Source: Eledone cirrhosa
Taxonomy: Eukaryota
NCBI GenBank assembly: GCA_964016885.1
Contig: OZ024743.1
Span: 363,010,001-363,074,000, forward strand
Direction: 5' to 3'
DNA length: 64,000 nucleotides
The notes below the pieces were generated by a model that worked only from the letters and a program-made list of their open reading frames with translations, was not told the DNA's origin and searched no databases. The position numbers were made by a program, and so were the translations under genes. Of the stretch, positions 1 to 13,150 are shown in pieces. Every line of letters begins with the position of its first letter. Positions within the stretch are counted from its first letter, which is position 1.

Positions 1-91
1 CAACAAGAGAGATATCATTCTAAAGCACCGAGACAGCACATTACAGCGTATCAATGAGACACACAGGTCCTACGATGCACTCCAGTATCCA

Positions 92-3000
92 TTGCTATTT
101 GTCAACGGCGAGGAGAGATTATGGTTCATTAAATTAAATCAAAAGAAACTTCGATCTGAATGCTACATTCATCTACGCGATGGAATTAATAACGACGTAT
201 CCCCAGACAATTTAGGGCAAGTGTGTATTTTGCCTTCAACGTTTACAGGGGGACCCCGATACATGCACGAGAGGACTCAGGACGCCATGACTTACGTACG
301 ACATTATGGGCGCCCCGACCTTTTCATAACGTTTACATGCGATCCCAAGTGGAGGGAGATTACAAACGAACTGTTCCACGGTCAAGCGCCAAGACACAGG
401 CACAATCTCATAGCAAGAGTGTTTCGCCTGAAATTATCCAAATTAATGGATTTATTAAAGAAAGGACAGGTTTTGGGGCCTGTTAGGTGCGACATGTACA
501 CGGTTGAATGTCTGAAACGAGAGCTGCCGCATGCCCTTATCTTGATTTGGTTGGTTACAAAAATCAGTTCAACCTACATCGACAAATTCATTTCTGCCGA
601 ACTACCTGATCTGTCGATTGACAAGGACCTCTTCTCTATAGTCACATCAAACATGGTCCATGGTCTTTGCGGACATGGACTCAATATGAAGTCCCCGTGC
701 ATACACGACGGAAAGTGTACAAAACGATATCCCAGGCCGTTTTTACAGGAAACACAGACTGGTGGTGACGGATATCCGTTGTATAGGCGCAGGAGACCTG
801 AAGACGGTGGGTTCACAGCAAAAGTTAGTGAAGGCGAAATGGACAACAGATGGATAGTGCCATATTGCCCCCTCCTTTTGAGAGCGTTCAACGCCAATAT
901 AAACGTCGAATTTTGCAACTCAGCAAAATCAATTAAATACGTTTGTAAGTACGTAAACAAGGGATCGGATGCTGCCGTCTTTCGTCTTCGTCGGAAAACA
1001 GTAGAGACGAGGTATCTGACTACCAAGCAGGCGCGTTTTTAGTTTCCCACTGCACCAACCACACCCCGTCATTAAACAACTTGCCGTTCTCCTTGAAAAC
1101 GGTCAACGGGTGTATTTCAACAGTGCAACAGTTGCTCAGCTAGCGATCTCACCAAAGGAAACTACACTCACCGCTTTTTTCAAACTTTGTCAACACGACG
1201 ACTTCGCTCGAACTCTGCTGTATTCTGAAATACCGTCTTAAAATACATGGAACCGGACAAAATGGCTACGAAGGAAGGTAGGACAAGAGGTGGTTGGATA
1301 TCCAGGCATCAAATTCGACAATTGCCTTGGGCGAGTTCATACGGTCCACCCTACGCAACACGAATGCTTCTACCTGCGACTTCTACTTCATGAGGTAAGA
1401 GGGCCGACTAGCTTCACTCATCTGAGAACCGTCGATGGATACGCCTGCGGAACGTACAGGGAAGCCTGCTTAAGGCGTGGACTTTTAGAAGATGACGCAC
1501 AATGGGATGTAACCTTCACGGAAGCTGCCATCTCACAATCATCCCGTAGTCTAAGAGCACTTTTTGCTATCCTCTTGCACCTCTGTGAATTGAGCGATCC
1601 TTACTCTTTATGGCAAAAGTTTAAAGATGATTTCGCAGACGAATATAGGCGTCTCGCTCAATTGCAATCTCAAAACTTAGATGTCGGCTTTTCAGACGCT
1701 ATATATAATAGAGCTCTCTGATCGATATTGAAGACAGAGAGGCTTCAATGGGCGGAGATGTCTTGGAGAAATATGGGCTTCCGCAAACACTTCGAGATGC
1801 GCCATCTGACATTCCCAACGACATTATACGTGAAACGTCATATGATGTCGACGAACTCAAAAGGTATGTTGAAGAGAATGAACCAAAACTTCTAATGGAT
1901 CAAAAACAAGCCTACAACTTTGTCGTTTATTCCATCCGTAATCGGGAAGGGGGTATATTCTTCCTGGACGCACCTGGAGGCACGGGCAAAACATTTGTAA
2001 TCAAACTTTTACTCGTGCAGTGAGGCAACACGGAAACATCGCATTGGCCGTGGCTTCTTCCGGCATTGCAGCAACTTTGCTGCCTGGTGGCAGGACGGCC
2101 CATTCTGCCTTTAGTCTTCCTCTCAACGTGGCATCATCTGAGACACCCACGTTCAAAATCAGCAAGTCTTCCGGAAAAGCGCTGGTGTTAATGCGCTGCC
2201 TACTAATTGTTTCGGACGAATGCACAATGGCCCACAGGGCGTCTTTCGAGGCATTAGACCGGTCACTCAGCGACATCAGGGAGTGTCAAGAACCAATGGG
2301 AGGTGTCACTTTCCTGTTATCTGGGGACTTCCGACAGACTCTGCCTGTAATCCCAAAAGGTACGCGGGCTGATGAGGTTGGTGCATGCCTTAAGGCCTCC
2401 CCACTTTGGCGTTATGTAAGAAAGATGACGCTTACAACAAACATGAGAGCACAACTGCAAGGTGATGAGACATCACCGGGTTTTGCTGCTGCCATTTTGT
2501 TGTTGGGAGATGGCAAAGTCCCACTCGACGGAGATGGTACAGCGGACCTCACAGGGATTTGCAGATGCGTTAAGTCAATTGCTGAGTTACGGACGTCTGT
2601 TTTTCCTAATCTTGAGGAGAACTACACAAATCAAGAGTGGTTGTGTGAACGCGCAATATTGGCTTCGAAAAACCAGATAGTTGAAAGCATCAATGAACAG
2701 CTCATGCTGTGCTTGCCTGGAAACCTGCACGTCTACAAGACCCTTGACTCTATGGCTGATCCGGACGAAGTTGTTAATTAACCCCACAGAATTTCTTAAC
2801 TCCCTAGACCCTCCCGGATTGACACCACACTTACTGCGACTTAAGAAAGGTGCCCCCTGTCATGCTCCTCAGAAATTTGGAACCCCGAAGGCTTTCCAAC
2901 GGCACGCGTCTGGTCATCCAAAAGGTGATGTCTCATGTTATTGAGGCAACAATACTTACAGGATGTGGTAAGGGGGATACTATCTTCATACCAAGGATAC

Positions 3001-3254
3001 CTCTCATTCCATCCGGTAAAGATATTCCTTTCATATTCAGAAGGCTGCAATTCCTTCTCCGACTCAGTTTCGCCATGTTGATTAACAAACCACAGGGTCA
3101 GACGCTGACGGTCGTAGGGCTTAATTTAGAAGAACCGTGCTTCTCCCATGGTCAACTATATGTTGGCTGCTCTCGAGTGGGGAGCCGACATAACCTATTT
3201 GCTTTTGCAGCTCGCGAGAAAACCCAAAATATAGTCTATAAGGAAGTTTTGTAG
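92..3254 (+). pseudogene. Helitron RepHel (HUH Rep + PIF1-family helicase), broken by frameshifts and stops
   Basis: Motifs: LPSTFTGGPRYM, GRPDLFITFTC, VECLKRELPHA (HUH region), KYVCKYVNKG, FLDAPGGTGKTF (Walker A), VASSGIAATLLPGGRTAHS, DECTM, GDFRQTLPV, MLLRNL..RLSNGTRL, FSHGQLYVGCSRV. Confidence 0.95.
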
Positions 3255-3639
3255 GCACCCCATCCGCCAACAGGTAATCGGTGTTTTTTTTTTTTTTTGT
3301 ATAAGTGCTTACATTTGCTGTATCCGTGTGCTATTTTTGTCCTTTTGAAAATACCACGTACACCTCTGAGGTTTCTTTTGCTATACGTTATAAATGTTCA
3401 ATGTCTCCGTTTTCCGCATTTATATGTTGCTATTACGCTTTGCTATCGATATTCAGTAGTTTTAACCTAATTAATCTACTTTTTCCTACATCTTATTTAC
3501 ACATTTTTTTGACATTCCAGCGTGATCTTGCCAAGGCCGTTTTTGTAACCATCGACTGTTACATGCTTTTCTAGGTTACAATCTCAAATAACAAGCAAAG
3601 CAAATTTGACACACCAAAGTGGTGTGAAGGACTTCTTAA

Positions 3640-3940
3640 GGGCCACCACCCCTAATCGGAGTCGTCTTTGCTGACAGCTCTGCCGCTGAGACTTTTAAGA
3701 GTGAACGATCCAAGGCCCTCTTCAGGGCCACCAAGTTTAAATTGTTACCATCGGATTCATCTTTGCTGGCAGCACCGCCGCTGAGATGTTTCAAAGTGAA
3801 CGTTAAAATTTCCTCTTCAGAGCTACCAACTTTAAATTGTTACCATCGGATTCGTCTTTGCTGGCAGCACCGCCGCAGAGATATTTCAAAGTGAACGTTC
3901 AAAGGCTATCTTTAGGGCCAACACCTATAAATTGTTACTT
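3640..3940 (+). repeat. ~95-bp tandem repeat (3 units) in the Helitron 3' region
   Basis: atcgga(g/t)tc(g/a)tctttgctg recurs at 3655, 3750 and 3845. Confidence 0.85.
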
Positions 3941-4390
3941 CTATAGTCGTGTTTAACGGAAGTATTTCGGTTCATTTGAACGACTACTCCATTGATAGTT
4001 ATACCGGGCAACGCCGGGTACCTCTGCTAGTCTATTATAAAATATTTAATGTGGGATTCCAAAAATATCCAACTAATTCAAATAGCTACAAAGCAAAAAA
4101 TATTTTTCGTCTTCGGAGAGGCAAACGAATCTAAAACAGATGCCAAGATAACAAACAGATGTGAAGAGGATGGAGAAACAATTATAGAAAGTATTAAAAC
4201 ATGTAACAAAACTGTGGTGCGTTTAACCAACTATCTGAAAATGCGGATACCCTTCACTAACATTACCCATGAACACAGTGGTTCCCAAACTTATTTTGTC
4301 GCCGAACCTTTATATTTCATACCTATTTTTTTTTTTTTTACAGATAATCGCCATCGCCTTAAATGAAACAAAAATGTATTTTAGAAAAAA

Positions 4391-5398
4391 CTAGCAGAAT
4401 GGCTCGGGGTTGCTCGGGATCTTCTCTAGGGTTCTTATATATTTGATATATATTTATCCTTATCGAGCCTCGTGAAATAAATACGTTTGTTTATATTTTG
4501 TTATTGTGTATGCAAAAATATCTGTTTTGTTATTGTATATGCAAAAATATCTGTACACGAATATATAATTATATATATATATATATATGAAAAAGTTTGT
4601 CCTCATCAGTGGCCATCCAACCGTCGTAGGCATTTCGTCGCATTAAAGGCCATATACCTCAGGTTGGTGCGAGCAACGGCTAAAAAAAAGTCGTTGGGAC
4701 ATGTAAATAAAGGGGACGCTAGGGTAAACAAACAAAATGGTTTAAGCAGCAGAAAGAGAGGAAGAAGGAAACAAGTCCCAGATTTCTATGAATATAAATT
4801 CGGTGAAATCGTGAACGAGAGAATAAAGACCATCAAACCTGGTTGAAATGTGAGCAAGGAAGGAATTTCGCACAGGTCTAGCGGGAGGAAGAAGGGGTCT
4901 GGTCTGCGAATTCGGTAAACATAAGTTCTGTGAAGTCGCAGACGAGAGAGAGAGAGAAAAAAAATTCATACCGGCTTAGCCAAGTGCCCGTGAGAAAAGG
5001 ATTGTGGACAGGTCAAACGGGAAGAAAGGGGAGGAGGAGAGGTAGTGACAGAGAGTGAGTGAGTGAAAGGTGAGGAAGAGGCTAACAGAGAGAGACTGCT
5101 AGAAAGGGTAAAGACACAAAGAACGAAACAGACTGGTGGCAGCGGAGGAAAAAATATATGTGTAAATATGATAATAATGGAGCTGCAGCGCTGCAAATGG
5201 GTTACATATGAAAAAGTTTGTCCTCATCAGTGGCCATCCAACCGTCGTAGGCATTTCGTCGCATTAAAGGCCATATACCTCAGGTTGGTGCGAGCAACGG
5301 CTAAAATAAAGTCGTTGGGACACGTAAATAAAGGGGACGCTAGGGTAAACAAACAAAATGGTTTAAGCAGCAGAAAGAGAGGAAGAAGGAAACAAGTC

Positions 5399-5466
<68 letters not shown>

Positions 5467-6357
5467 ACACGCAAAAAGCGTCTAGGGACACATGTATTGT
5501 CCAACCATATGCAAATGTCGTTCAATGGCAGGTTAATAAATTAACGAGCCAGAACATATATAATAAAGGTTTAGCAAATAAGAAAAAGTTTCAAAATAAA
5601 TAAAAAAAAATTGACTGTACTCACTATGGTTACCTTTACCGAATCGGTTTCGAGTCTCAAAAATAAATGGACAGTCCTTGTGGCCTTCCATTTCAAAGAT
5701 AAACTCTCGTCAGAAGGTTCTTTTCATTCGGAGAATATAAAATTCCCGAGTTCAAATTACGAACTGGCGCTATTCAAAATTGTATATATATATATATATA
5801 TAAAAATAACAGATTAAAGTTTAAGCAAAGAATCGCTGCTTCACCCTTAACGGGATCTTTTGAAACTAAAAAAATCAATCTGTGAACGCAGAAGTAAATA
5901 TTTCGAAAAACGTTGCAACCGAAGGAAAACAGGAAGACGATACTTTGGACGTTCCCTGGCATAAGAATATATATATATTCACACTATCTGAATTATGGAG
6001 CCCTCTGCCGCTCATCTCGAATTTTGTTTATCGTGAACTCGTGCGCCGAATTTTCGATACTCGATTATTCTACTATATTCACACACTATATATACATATA
6101 TAGACACACACACTGATCGCGTCATAATGACGTAATGCAGACAGCCAGACATACAGACAGAACGTTATATCTATCTATCTATCTAAAACGAAAGACTAAG
6201 AATTATAGAGAGAGATCGCTAAATTGAAATATTATTTTGCTCAAAACACTCACAGGATCATAAGTATTACATGTGTAAAGTTTGAAAACAATCGGTTGGA
6301 TGGTTCTCGAGTTTTAGTGAGCTGACAGACAGACATTCTCTGTTTTAGATATATAGA
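4391..6357 (-). mobile_element. Non-autonomous Helitron carrying nested insertions
   Basis: On the minus strand the 5' end is A|TCTATATATCTAAAAC (6357) and the 3' end is hairpin atcccgagcaaccccgagcc then attctgCTAG|T (4391). The 5' part resembles 15300-15600 and the 3' part resembles 16370-16614. Joining the two ends into one element is inference. Confidence 0.6.
4585..5400 (-). mobile_element. Non-coding element with ~195-bp direct terminal repeats (period ~620 bp) inserted in (TA)n
   Basis: 4585-4780 is nearly identical to 5205-5400, with (TA)n on both outer sides. Confidence 0.7.
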
Positions 6358-6653
6358 TTAATATTTTAAAAGAACATGAATTTTTTTTTTTTATTCAAGT
6401 CTATTAAGAGTTACTTTAACTCGTAGAACTCCAGAATGATTTAGTAGCATGATGCTGTTCCACTAAATCACCTATTGTGAAATACTGCTCTAGCCTAATT
6501 GGGTTGTTGGGCAGTCATTACTCTTTGAGCAAGTTTAAAAGGCGTTTATTCTGTCTTCCTATCTGCTACTCTTACACCGTCCTGTTCTGTCTGTACTGTC
6601 CTTAATGTTTTTATTCGTGTAAGCCTTGCGGGATAAAAATAAATAATTATTAT

Positions 6654-6846
6654 TTGGCAGTATCAGTAGAGAGTCGGACACCATGCTTTGCAGCATAGAG
6701 TTACAGTCCTTTATGGTCTGAGTTCAAATCCCGCCGAGGTTAACTTTGCCTTTCATCCTTACGGGGTCGATAAAATAAAGAACCAGTAATGCACTGGGTA
6801 ATTGCTGGCCTTGCGCCAAAAGTAGAAACAATTATTATTATTATTA
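6654..6846 (+). mobile_element. tRNA-derived SINE (family A)
   Basis: B-box-like gagttcaaatccc, central gcctttcatccttacggggtcgataaaataaag, (ATT)n tail. Confidence 0.9.
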
Positions 6847-7028
6847 GTCTCTGAACGACACACCACGGCTTTCTATGATCCGTAAGTTTTATTTGTGTAC
6901 ATCCATTTATATTGGTTTTTTTGTTTAAAATGTTTGTTACAAAGGGAGCATAAGACCTCAGTCTTTGCTCTGAAGAAAGGACTGCCCAGAATATTTGGGC
7001 TTTAGGCCCAAATATGTGAACTTTTAAT

Positions 7029-10000
7029 TTGAAATTGTGGTATAAATTTTTTTTTGTAAAAAAAAGTGGAGGTTACGCGCTCCTGAAGCTCCTGCCAAGG
7101 CGGGAAAATTGTCGAAAAAGCGTGCATCACGAAAGTGATTCGGACGGCGCTCTAAAGAGAAACAACAACAGTGTCACCATCACCATCACTACTACAGACA
7201 TCATTAACAAAGCCACCGTCGCCAACAAAAGCAGCAGCAGCAGCGGTAACGGCGGCAGCGGTGACAGTATCAGCGGCAACGTCAACAAAACCGGCGGAAG
7301 CAACAGCAGTAACAACGACAGCAACAGCAATGACACCACCACCACCATCACCACCAACATGAACAAGGACAATACTACCACCAGCAACAACAACATAAAC
7401 AAGATTTATCTGCAGCCACAGCTGCAAAATCTCAAGTCTATTATAATTATATTTAACTGAGAAGAAAGAACGTTTGGGCCAGGTGGAAAAGATTATAAAC
7501 AGAGAAAAGATTTGGACCAATTTAAATGCCCCGGCAGAGGTAATGGCAGCAAAGGAGGGGAGAAAACGCAAATATAGATGCATTTCGCTAAAATCTCGAA
7601 AGGCCTAGACAGATTCAGAAGGACAGGTTGTGGTGGCACTGAAATGCATCAATAATGAGGATATGGACCATATAACAAGGGCCAAACAATTTGGGAGCAT
7701 TTTGGTGCTCTTCAAAATTGAGGCCCTTGCTATAAAACATTCTGTGGTACCCTGGAAAACGTACCAAATCATTATGTACCCGTCCTACATGGGGAGGAGG
7801 ATAGTAAGAATCCGTGTTCCCAGGATTCCGACGGGACTGGTCTTATGGTGGCTTCTGAGATGTATGGCAGCAGAGGGCTCTGACACCCTCCTCGACATCA
7901 AGCTTACAAAGAGAGAGAAGTAGTCCGGGGATGGCTTGGAGGTTATTCTCCAAATCAGATCTGAAGATACAAAGAACAACATCAAATGACCGGGTGGGTA
8001 TGAAATCCAGGTGGTCACGGAGAGCAAACGGGCGAAGCTACACATCTGTGAGCCTTTTCCCCCAACTGAAAACTGCAAGAGGCCGCAAACCTCCGTTGCT
8101 GCCAGCACCGGTGTCGGGACGAGGGACAACACCAGCACCAACAGCAGCAACAGAAAAGGAAACATCACCGCTAGCAACAACAGCAATAACAACAACACCA
8201 ACAAAGACAATTAAAACCATCCAGGTTGTCGCCCAAATAAACTCACCCCTCTCTCTCTTTCAAACACACACACAGAAAAACTCACACACACCCATAAACA
8301 CACCCCCACTCCCCTCTGACACAGAGTCCCCAGACACCAGTTCCTCCACATCCTCGAATAAAGTTGAGGGGGAACCCTAAAAAGCTAAAAAAAATCAAAT
8401 AAAATAAAGCATAAATTAAAGATTAGCTCCACACACACCAACAAGCACAAAAACACACCCACAGCAAACACAGACACATCCACAACAACAACAAAACCAC
8501 AACTGTCAACAACATCGATACAACCACAAATCATGCAAAACAAAAGAAAATACACGCAGACACCAACCATGAGAGACACACCCAAATTCGTGTTGCTGAG
8601 AAGGGCCAACAAACAACTTATGGCCCTCATTACACGAAGTTAAGACATTGAGAGATTTTTGGCTCCTGCACCTTCAAAGTGCCCCAAACAATGTGCGGTT
8701 GGTGCGGATACCAATAAAAACTTATAAAAACATTAGTGAGAAATTTCCCGACCACCACAAGACCCCGGGAGGTCAGTAAGCCGTCCCCTCTCTCTTCTAA
8801 CCTGCCAACATGGCGACCATAAGAGTAGGATGTATAAATGTTCGTAGCCTGGGGTGGTCTTGAAGACAGGGTCACCTGCTAAATGACCTCAGGTCTCTAA
8901 ATATCTATGTGATTGCCGTAAGCAAGACCAGGATTTCCGACACTCGCGCCCTAGACCCCATTTTCGACGATTGTCAGATTTTCGCATCTGTTAGTCGGTC
9001 GGGAATGGGAGGTAGGCTGGCAGTGCTGTTTAGGAAAGGCCTGGAACTCGAGGAAAGGTCGATCATCCGCGACCCGGACGGTAAGTTGGTGGTCCTGAAC
9101 GTGAACAATAGCGAAGGTGGTGCCTTTATACTGGTGGCTGTCTACGTCCCGACCGGGGACGGATGGCCGGACTTCTGTAGCCGCCTGGAAACCTTTCTGG
9201 GAACGTCTCGCCCTTTACTGTTAGCGGGAGACTGGACCGGCATCTTAGACGCACACTGGAACTATGTGAGAGTAGCTGATAGGAGTGAGGAGGAGGGGGG
9301 ATGCAAAAGCCTCAAGTACCTGATCAGGTAGTTCCAACTGTCTAACAGTTACCCATTAGTTTTCCCTAATGCGACAATGTGGACCTTGACAAACCGCATA
9401 GGGTTATCTAGATCGTATATAGACAGGATTTTCATTAGGACAATGGATAGGAATAGTGTATGCTATCCACTTTTTCAAACGGTCCCCTATTTAGATCACA
9501 AATTTGTTATCTCTATGGTCGACCTAGAAGACGCGTAGGTTAGGACCCAGTTACTAGAAGCTGAAAATGTCGTTTCCGTTACACAAGACTTACAGGGACC
9601 GGGTCAACAATTTAGTTCAGAAAAGGATGACATGGGAGGTCGTAAACAAGTGGTGGAAGGGGGCTCTCAAAAAGAGATTAGAGTTATGTCGATAGGGTTT
9701 AGCAAAGAAGTAGCGTTAGAGAAAAAAAGAAAGGAGGGGGAGCTGGTAACTAAATTAGACGAGGCTATTTGTAGTGGCATTGCAACTGTCATGTTAGTGG
9801 CGAGAATGGCATGACCATTTCTTCAATGCGAAACACGAAAGATGCATTACCAAAGATAAGGCGTGTGCCCTAAGAAACGAAGGAACCAAAGCTGTTCGAT
9901 GGACCCGCGTAGCCGAAACAAAACGACAATTCAAGACGGACGCGAGCTAAACGATTCCAGGCCTTTCGCCAGCAGCTCGGCTGTTGGGGGGGGGGGTATG

Positions 10001-11190
10001 ACTATGGCGGACTTCACTCCCTACCTCGATGGCGTACCACGTTTCTCGACAGCCGACGATGAGCACTGCGAAATGCCGATAACTTCGGACGAAATTCGGT
10101 ATGCCCTAGGCAGCCCTACGAGCTTTACGTAGATATGCAAGACTTGTTCTCCGATCTCATCAAAGCGCTCTACTGCAACTGGCATCAGAACGGGATTATT
10201 CCCTGTTCTATGAGCCGAGACGTAGTGACGCTAATAAGGAAAGACGAAGACAAGTGTTACACATCACTTTACTTTAGACCCATAACACTGCTGAACACAG
10301 AGTTTAAGATTTCCAATGTGTTAGCGAAACGGTTGGCTCTTGTCATCGAGGATTTGTTAAGGGTGGTGCAAACTTGCGAAATCCCGACCAGGTTCATACA
10401 CGACAGCCTCTACCTCATAGAGAGGGTAGGGTGTAAACCTGGCTTCGGAGCGGCTCTGATCAATTTAGATCAATCGAAAGCTTTCGATAGGGTCGACCAT
10501 CGGTACCTGGAATCTGGCTTCAAGGCAGCTGGCTTCGGTGCCGTCTCCAGAGACTGGATCGCTGCATTGCATAGTGGCATCTTCTCGGTGGTTAAAGTTA
10601 ATGGCCACCTCTCAGAACCGTTTCAGATCTCCCGATCGGTCCGTCAAGGGTGCCCGCTCTCCTCCTTTCTGTACGTATTGACTCTCGAGCCTCTACTGCG
10701 GAAACTGGAGCTGTTGCAGGACAGCCTGCTCGAATCGGGACGCGGAAAGGTTGTGTCTGCTTATGAGGATGACATCGCCATGATGGTGTCGGACACCTTG
10801 GAAATCGAGGTGGTTGGCACCTCATTGGTGGGATATGAAAAGTTGACGAGAGCGAAACTTAACCCGGAAAAGTCGGTGTACATGCAGCCCGGCACTTGGA
10901 GAAGCAAGTCCATGCCGTCCAACAGTGTCGTCAGGGGCTGGATGGATGGATCGGTAAAGTTGCTCGGGGTTTGTTTCGCACCAGACCTCCATGTGGATAA
11001 GAATTGGGACGAGGTGATGATCAGGGTAGCCACTCTCACCCAGAAATGGGCCACGAGGAAGCTGTTACTGAAAGGTCGGGCGGAGGTGGCGAACGCACAC
11101 ATCGCGTCTATCATCTACTACCGCCTGACCATCGTGCCTTGCCCCTGTTCGCGCCTCACCAAAATTGGAACGTTTCCTCTTCAACTTCTT
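7029..11190 (+). mobile_element. Decayed L1/Tx1-type non-LTR retrotransposon (ORF1-like region + APE endonuclease + RT), 3'-truncated
   Basis: ORF2 begins MATIRVGCINVRSL at 8810. Motifs LVAVYVP, LAGDW, YLDHK, RPITLLNTEFKI, LDQSKAFDRVDH, RQGCPLS, AYEDDI. Many frameshifts. Start coordinate approximate. Confidence 0.9.
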
Positions 11191-11450
11191 CAAGGCAGTT
11201 GGCTTCGGTGCCGTCTTCAGAGGCTGGATCACTGCAATGCACAGTGGCATCTTCTCGGTGGTCAAAGTTAATGGCTACCTTTCGGAACCGTTGGTGAGGC
11301 GATCAGCACTTTCAAAACTAAATAGAAATATAACATATTAAGCAAGTCTATAAGAAAATAGATTTTCCAGATCTTTCAACTCTTGTAATCTCAAGTCAGG
11401 AGACGATAAGGAGAATTGCATTCTGGGATTTCTGTTAGTTTAGGGAACAT

Positions 11451-11630
11451 AATTATTTTTACTTTTGGCACAAGGCCAGCAATTATTCCAGTGTATTACT
11501 AGTACTTTATTTTATCGACCCCGTAAGGATGAAAGGCAAAGTTAACCTCGACGGGATTTGAACTCAGAATGGCAAGGGATGTAACTCTATGCGTCAAAGC
11601 ATGGCGTCTGACCCTCTACCGATACTGCCA
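11451..11630 (-). mobile_element. tRNA-derived SINE (family A)
   Basis: Reverse complement of the family A consensus. Confidence 0.9.
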
Positions 11631-11740
11631 GACAGTTTAAAAGGAGTATTGTGTTGAACAAAAGGAAATCGTGTGCGCGTATATATATTTGAAAAAAGGA
11701 AAAGAATGACTTCACTTGTAATTCTAAACAATTTAATCTA

Positions 11741-11931
11741 ATAATTGTTTCTATTTTAGGCACAAGGCCAGCAATTACCCAGTACATTACTGGTACTTTA
11801 TTTTATCGACCCCGTCAGGATGAAAGGCAAAGTTAACCTCGGCGGGATTTGAACTCAGATCATAAAGGGACGTAACTCTATGCTTCAAAGCATGGTGTCC
11901 GACTCTCTACCGATACTGCCAATCCACCGCC
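11741..11931 (-). mobile_element. Full-length SINE (family A) with TSD atttaatct
   Basis: 5' ggcggtggattggcag. TSD at 11731-11739 and 11932-11940. Confidence 0.9.
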
Positions 11932-12774
11932 ATTTAATCTTATAATATTATAATTTTACAATTTGGTTTTGTAGATACAAAACCAAATTGTAAAATTATA
12001 ATATAAAATTGTTTAGAACTACAAGTGAAGTCATTCTTTTCCATTTTTCAAATATACCTCACTGTACCATGTTGTCCATACTCATTTACACCTAAGTGGA
12101 CTGGAGCAACATGAAAATGAAGTGACTTTCTCAAGCCATAATGCACCGCCCGGTACGAGAATCAAATCCATAACCTTCCGTTCATGAGACCAACACTAAC
12201 ATGCGCCTTTACTATACCTATTAACATATTCCTATATATTTGCCAGTAATTTAAACATTATCTGAGCTTGTGGTTAGTGATAGAAAGCACTTTTCCAAGG
12301 TGCCACGCAGGTAGATCAAACCCGCATTGCTTAACCAGAGAGCTATGTTGACTCTTAATTATGCTTTCTCGGTAATCGTTTTCTAATAAGAGGAAATGTA
12401 AATTAAACAGGAAATTTGAGATGAATGATAATATAGCCTTGCTAGAGCCCGGCGGTCGTTGTAATTATCAACAGAAACTAGAAGACTTATAGCAAAATTA
12501 TCCAGCGATTGGTCTAGCAAATCGAATTGCCGTCTATGAGAAAACAAGTGACGTATAGGGGTAACATGTTGACTAAATGTCAAAGAATCGACATGTCAAC
12601 ATATACAAACTTAACGAATTATCAACGCAAACACACACATATAAACATACATATGTTTCTGTGGATGTATATATGTATGTATGTGTGTTTGAAAAGTAAA
12701 CGGATAAGCATCAAGAGGAAACGATACAGTACAATGAAGATATGAATTAGTTTAACGCTTGATATAGTAGGAGA

Positions 12775-12816
12775 AGTGTCTTAACGTTTCGGACATTAGT
12801 CCTTCATCAGAATATA
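12775..12816 (-). ncRNA. Minimal hammerhead ribozyme-like core
   Basis: RC: CTGATGA-aggac-taat-gtcc-GAAA-cgtt; stem I weak. Confidence 0.5.
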
Positions 12817-13044
12817 TTTGAAATATAGAAGAGGAAAAATATTTGTTTTTTCAGAAAAAAATACGTGTGTGGCTAGGCAGCTATTTTTGGGAAAAGTATA
12901 CGTACATACACGCATATATGTGTGTGTGTTTTAAATTACACTCACACACAAATGTGTGTATATATACATACATATATATATATATGTATAGTGAAAGAGT
13001 GAAGAATAACATGGTCAACAGTACAAAAAGGGTTTTATTTACAG

Positions 13045-13150
13045 TATTAACAATTGTTTCATTGATTAGGGTGTCTTAAGATTGCTAATCACTTGAAGTT
13101 GTGTCACTCAATCTTAAATACAATGTATGCCTAATCAAATCATCAGAATA
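13045..13150 (-). ncRNA. Type I hammerhead ribozyme with long stem II, in a PLE pLTR remnant (~13000-13760)
   Basis: RC: tatt-CTGATGA-t-ttgattagg...cctaatcaa-t-GAAA-c-aatt-g-TT-aata, followed by aataaa and (TA)n. Confidence 0.75.

Larger units (their letters stand above)
1..4030 (+). mobile_element. Decayed autonomous Helitron (5' part outside window)
   Basis: Frameshifted Rep/helicase ORFs at 92-3254, a subterminal ~95-bp tandem repeat, and a canonical 3' end: hairpin taccgggc-aac-gccgggta (4002-4020), CTAG (4027-4030), then T. Confidence 0.95.

Noticed and set aside
3640-3940. CRISPR-like array
   Set aside because: Whole units repeat with no unique spacers, and the context is a eukaryotic Helitron subterminal minisatellite.
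5680-5720. Minus-strand cctt-CTGACGA...GAAA...aagg as a hammerhead
   Set aside because: There is no stem III or NUH cleavage triplet, and stem II is weak.
7127-7583. Antisense Leu/Val/Ala-rich ORFs as membrane proteins
   Set aside because: They are shadows of (CAA/CAG)-rich low-complexity LINE ORF1 sequence.
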